NCBI RefSeq assembly: GCF_001194135.2
Contig: NC_068981.1
Coordinates: 138,158,380 to 138,199,731 of the forward strand
From: Octopus bimaculoides
Lineage: Eukaryota
Direction: 5' to 3'
Length of the DNA: 41,352 bases
Under the pieces are notes generated by a model. It worked only from the letters and a program-made list of their open reading frames with translations, was not told the origin of the DNA and made no database searches. Positions 1-41,352 of this stretch are shown here, in pieces. A program made the translations under genes and the position numbers. Within the stretch, counting starts at the first letter, position 1, and each line of letters begins with the position of its first letter.

Positions 1-290
1 ATATATTATATTATATATATATATATATTATATATATATACATCTATATATATGATATATATATTATATATATTATATATATACATCTATATATATTATA
101 TTAAGTCACTTAATTAATAAACCCCTTAGTTATTTAGTCCTTAAAAATACCTATCCATCTATTTACTTATCTAATTACTTTTAATGTTATATTTAAGAGA
201 TGTGGTGGAGTTAGGGATTTTACTTATTCCCTTCTCTCCCTTCGTTTTATTCCCGAAAGGGAAAAATTCGCAATTTTCCAACCGAAAGAA

Positions 291-505
291 GGCGGCGTGC
301 CGACAGGATTGTTAACACGCTGGACGAAATGCTTTGCGATATTTCGCCCGTCGCTCTGTTCTGAGTTCAAAATCCGCCAAGGTTGACTTTGCCTTTCATC
401 CTTTCAGGGGCGATAAATTAAATACCAGTTGCGTACTGGGGTCGATCTAATCGACAACCTCCTCCCCCAGAATTCCAGGCTTTGTACATATAGTAGAAAA
501 ATGTT
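291..505 (+). mobile_element. SINE family A copy (GGCGGCGAGCTGGCAG head; GTCGACTTTGCCTTTCATCCTTTCGGGGTCGAT core)
   Basis: At least 14 homologous copies or fragments in the window; GAGTTCAAATTCC B-box-like motif. End coordinates approximate. Confidence 0.85.
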
Positions 506-826
506 TCTACTGAAAGGCAAAAATGTATACATCACTAAAGTAAATAAGAACGCTAGTCAGCACCAGTATTGCGAGAAATAGGAGTTAAAACAATTCAGTC
601 ACAAGAAAGCACTTATCTTAATGGCTGATAAAGGAAGCAAGCTACCTACAGCATCCGGGCATAGGCAAATCACAGTGATTTCACATTTTTATTGATGGAC
701 ATCAGTGACTCTCATCCAGCGCCAAGGGTTGAACTCAACTCGCCTTGTCAGTTTATACGACTACCATGGAAATCACACGCTGATTTCATAAATCGGTTGT
801 AAAATTGCGATTAAGCCACCCTTATA

Positions 827-829
<3 letters not shown>

Positions 830-890
<61 letters not shown>
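830..890. repeat. (CA)n microsatellite; many other (CA)n, (TA)n, (ATAC)n and (GA)n tracts occur across the window, usually next to N gaps
   Basis: Direct reading. Confidence 0.95.
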
Positions 891-893
<3 letters not shown>

Positions 894-1030
894 TATATAT
901 ATATAAGTATGAGGGTAAAAAATTTAAATAATCTATTTTCAGTGGTTCGCATGCTTAATAAAACTCATAAGACATAAGATATTTTTTATATGTAAGAATG
1001 TATAAAGATTTATACACGGAGAGAAGACGC

Positions 1031-1302
1031 TTGACAAGACTTCTTACATGCTAAGGAGGGCAGTTAAACTCAAACCTCGAAAAGAAGGAGTTCGTAAGGC
1101 ACGCTACTAATAGGCACTAGAGTGAATAAAAAATTAGTTGATCCTATACTTGAGTGAAAGGTGAAGAAGAGAAAGTCAAAGAGAGAGAAAAATATCGAGT
1201 ATAGGATTAACTAATTTTTATTCCCTCTAGTGCCTTAAGAATTACATTTTTTTCGTGGTTTGGGTTTAACTTCCCTTTTTAGCATGTAAGATGTCTTGTC
1301 AA
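1031..1302. repeat. Imperfect foldback: outer arms 1031-1084/1249-1302, inner arms about 1112-1153/1195-1235
   Basis: Outer arms match at 48/54 positions as reverse complements; inner arms are also near-identical. Confidence 0.9.
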
Positions 1303-1386
1303 GGACTCTACACACTCTTATATACACACACTTCTTACTACAACTCTCCTCTTATAGATGTAATAATCCATTCCTCTACTATTACC

Positions 1387-1435
1387 GTCTCCGATGAAGG
1401 GATACATTGGATTTTCCCTGAAACAGGTGTAAGAC
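1387..1435 (+). ncRNA. Minimal type-I hammerhead ribozyme-like motif (Penelope-like element type)
   Basis: GTCT / CCGATGA / AGGGA-12nt-TCCCT / GAAA-C-AGGT-GT / A / AGAC: all three stems pair; the core has U4C; predicted cleavage after GUA. Confidence 0.6.
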
Positions 1436-1872
1436 TTTATCCATAAAATATATTTCTAACTTTGCCATTGGTCTCTTTATCCTTTTCTCTCTTTATACAT
1501 ACACACGCTAATACACGACCTATGTTATATTCCCCATCCATATTTATACAACGAAAAGGGCAAAACTAGTCGGTATACAGCACTTACTCGCTATTACCTG
1601 TATCTTTGAGTTTGGTTGAATCCAATACCCTTCATAACCTTATATATATATANNNNNNNNNNNNNNNNNNNNNNNNNNNNNNNNNNNNNNNNNNNNNNNN
1701 NNNNNNNNNNNNNNNNNNNNNNNNNNNNNNNNNNNNNNNNNNNNNNNNNNNNNNNNNNNNNNNNNNNNNNNNNNNNNNNNNNNNNNNNNNNNNNNNNNNN
1801 NNNNNNNNNNNNNNNNNNNNNNNNNNNNNNNNNNNNNNNNNNNNNNNNNNNNNNNNNNNNNNNNNNNNNNNN

Positions 1873-1914
<42 letters not shown>

Positions 1915-2088
1915 CATGTATATACACAACGGCCATCTTTCATTTTCCGTCTACCAAATCCATTCATAGTTCACAAAGCTGTAGTAAAAGACACTTGCCC
2001 AAAGGTCATGCAGTGGGACTGAACCTAAAACCAAGTAATTGGGAAGCAATAATTTTACCTCGTAGCCACACATACATATATAGTTCAT

Positions 2089-2141
<53 letters not shown>

Positions 2142-2282
2142 TATGTATGTGAGAGTGTTTGTATGTGTGTGTTGTGTGTGTAAGCGTATTAGAGCTGTCT
2201 CTAAAACGCATTTTTGAACGAATTTACAATGTGAAGTTTGCAGAAGCTGAAAGAAAATGGATATCTTAATTGTATAACTCAC

Positions 2283-40274
<37,992 letters not shown>

Positions 40275-40963
40275 CTAGTGTAACAACGATTATGCATATG
40301 AATATACATTTAACTCTTTAGCCTTCAGATTACTCTGTCAACTGTAATGCTTATTTACTCATATGTTTTGAATTTATTATTCGTTATCTTGTAGCTTAGA
40401 GATTTCCACGATGCGTTTGCTTAGTTTTAGAATGGCATTGTAGGGCTGGTGGGAGACGCTGAATGCTAAAGGGTTACAATATAATGTTCATGTTACAACA
40501 CGTGTTCAAAATACTTCAAAAGAGCCGATGATTTCTCTACTTGGTCACGCGAGCTTTTAGATATCCAAGTTAAATGTTCCTAAAAATGAGACCTATTAGA
40601 GTGATCATCGCTGAAACGCTTATTATTTTATATCTTTGTAATCAGAACCGACTTGGGTCCATACAACATCAACTTAAAATTTTATCACTAAATATTTAAG
40701 GTGTATATAATTACTGTGTAGTTGTGGATCTTTAACCACAGGCCAGCCCTGATCTAGTAAACCCCTGATGTTTAAGATGTGACCAGCCTGATCATATTTT
40801 ATTTCAGGGACTACATTGCGTATTGTTTTGTCTGTTTATAAATGAGGTGGATTTTGGCTACTTTTTGTAACATGTCGAGCGATATCGTAAAGTTTTTTTT
40901 TCTTGTTGGTTAATTCTATAGTTTTATGCATTTGTACAATTCAGTAGCTATATGGTAATTAAA

Positions 40964-41352
40964 GTGGAGGCGCAATGGCCCAGTGGTTAGGGCAGCGGAC
41001 TCGCGGTCATAGGATCGCGGTTTCGATTCCCAGAACCGGGCGTTGTAAGTGTTTATTGAGCGAAAACACCTAAAGCTCCACGAGGCTCCGGCAGGGGATG
41101 GTGGCGAACCCTGCTGTACTCTTCCACCACAACTTTCTCTCACTCTTACTTCCTGTTTCTGTTGTGCCTGTAATTCAAAGGGTCAGCCTTGTCTCACTGT
41201 GTCACGCTGAATATCTCCGAGAACTACATTAAGGGTACACGCGTCTGTAGAGTGCTCAGCCACTTGCACGTTAATTTCACGAGCAGGCTGTTCCGTTGAT
41301 TGGATCAACTGGAACCTTCGACGTCGTAATCGACGGAGTGCCAACAACAACA
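40964..41352 (+). mobile_element. Full-length tRNA-derived SINE (family D) with (CAA)n tail
   Basis: A box TGGCCCAGTGG (40976-40986), B box GGTTTCGATTCC (41019-41030); high identity to 9207-9559 in the opposite orientation. Confidence 0.9.

Noticed and set aside
1594-2022. Long ORFs containing X runs (also about 6525, 17940, 28298, 29159, 30120, 33203, 39320)
   Set aside because: Artefacts of N gaps flanked by (TA)n, (GA)n or (ATAC)n; no coding signal.
1-2282. Search for the next (I-EGF4) integrin exon
   Set aside because: No phase-0 AG-bounded Cys-rich exon found by eye; the Cys-containing frame near 640-690 follows a stop and lacks an acceptor. The exon probably lies left of the window or in the 1653-1872 gap.
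40275-41352. Search for upstream PSI-domain exons or a promoter
   Set aside because: No convincing exon or promoter; the region is SINE and AT-rich intron.

Overview
AT-rich, microsatellite-dense eukaryotic DNA with many N gaps; the repeat landscape looks coleoid cephalopod, probably Octopus (inference). The whole window lies inside one minus-strand integrin beta-subunit gene that the ORF track mostly misses. I assembled 14 GT-AG exons (40274 down to 2283) whose phases join into one open frame of 1500 nt (500 codons), covering hybrid domain, beta-I (vWA) domain, hybrid and I-EGF1-3. The N-terminal PSI and C-terminal tail/TM exons lie outside the window. The beta-I domain is divergent: MIDAS reads DISKT, the ADMIDAS Asp-Asp is lost, and the specificity loop is short and cysteine-free. 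Introns hold a 5'-truncated R4/Dong-like RLE LINE in an (AAT)n tract, a deleted Tx1-like LINE, an ORF1-only gag-like LINE piece, two decayed mariners, MITEs and many tRNA-derived SINEs. The most unusual signals are three minimal type-I hammerhead-ribozyme-like motifs of Penelope-element type (two with a CCGA core variant), a ~270 bp foldback next to one of them, a 208 bp spacerless palindrome with TTAA ends, and a dead duplicate of an EGF exon. No CRISPR, rRNA, true tRNA or prokaryotic system is visible. All alignments were done by eye and no database search was run.
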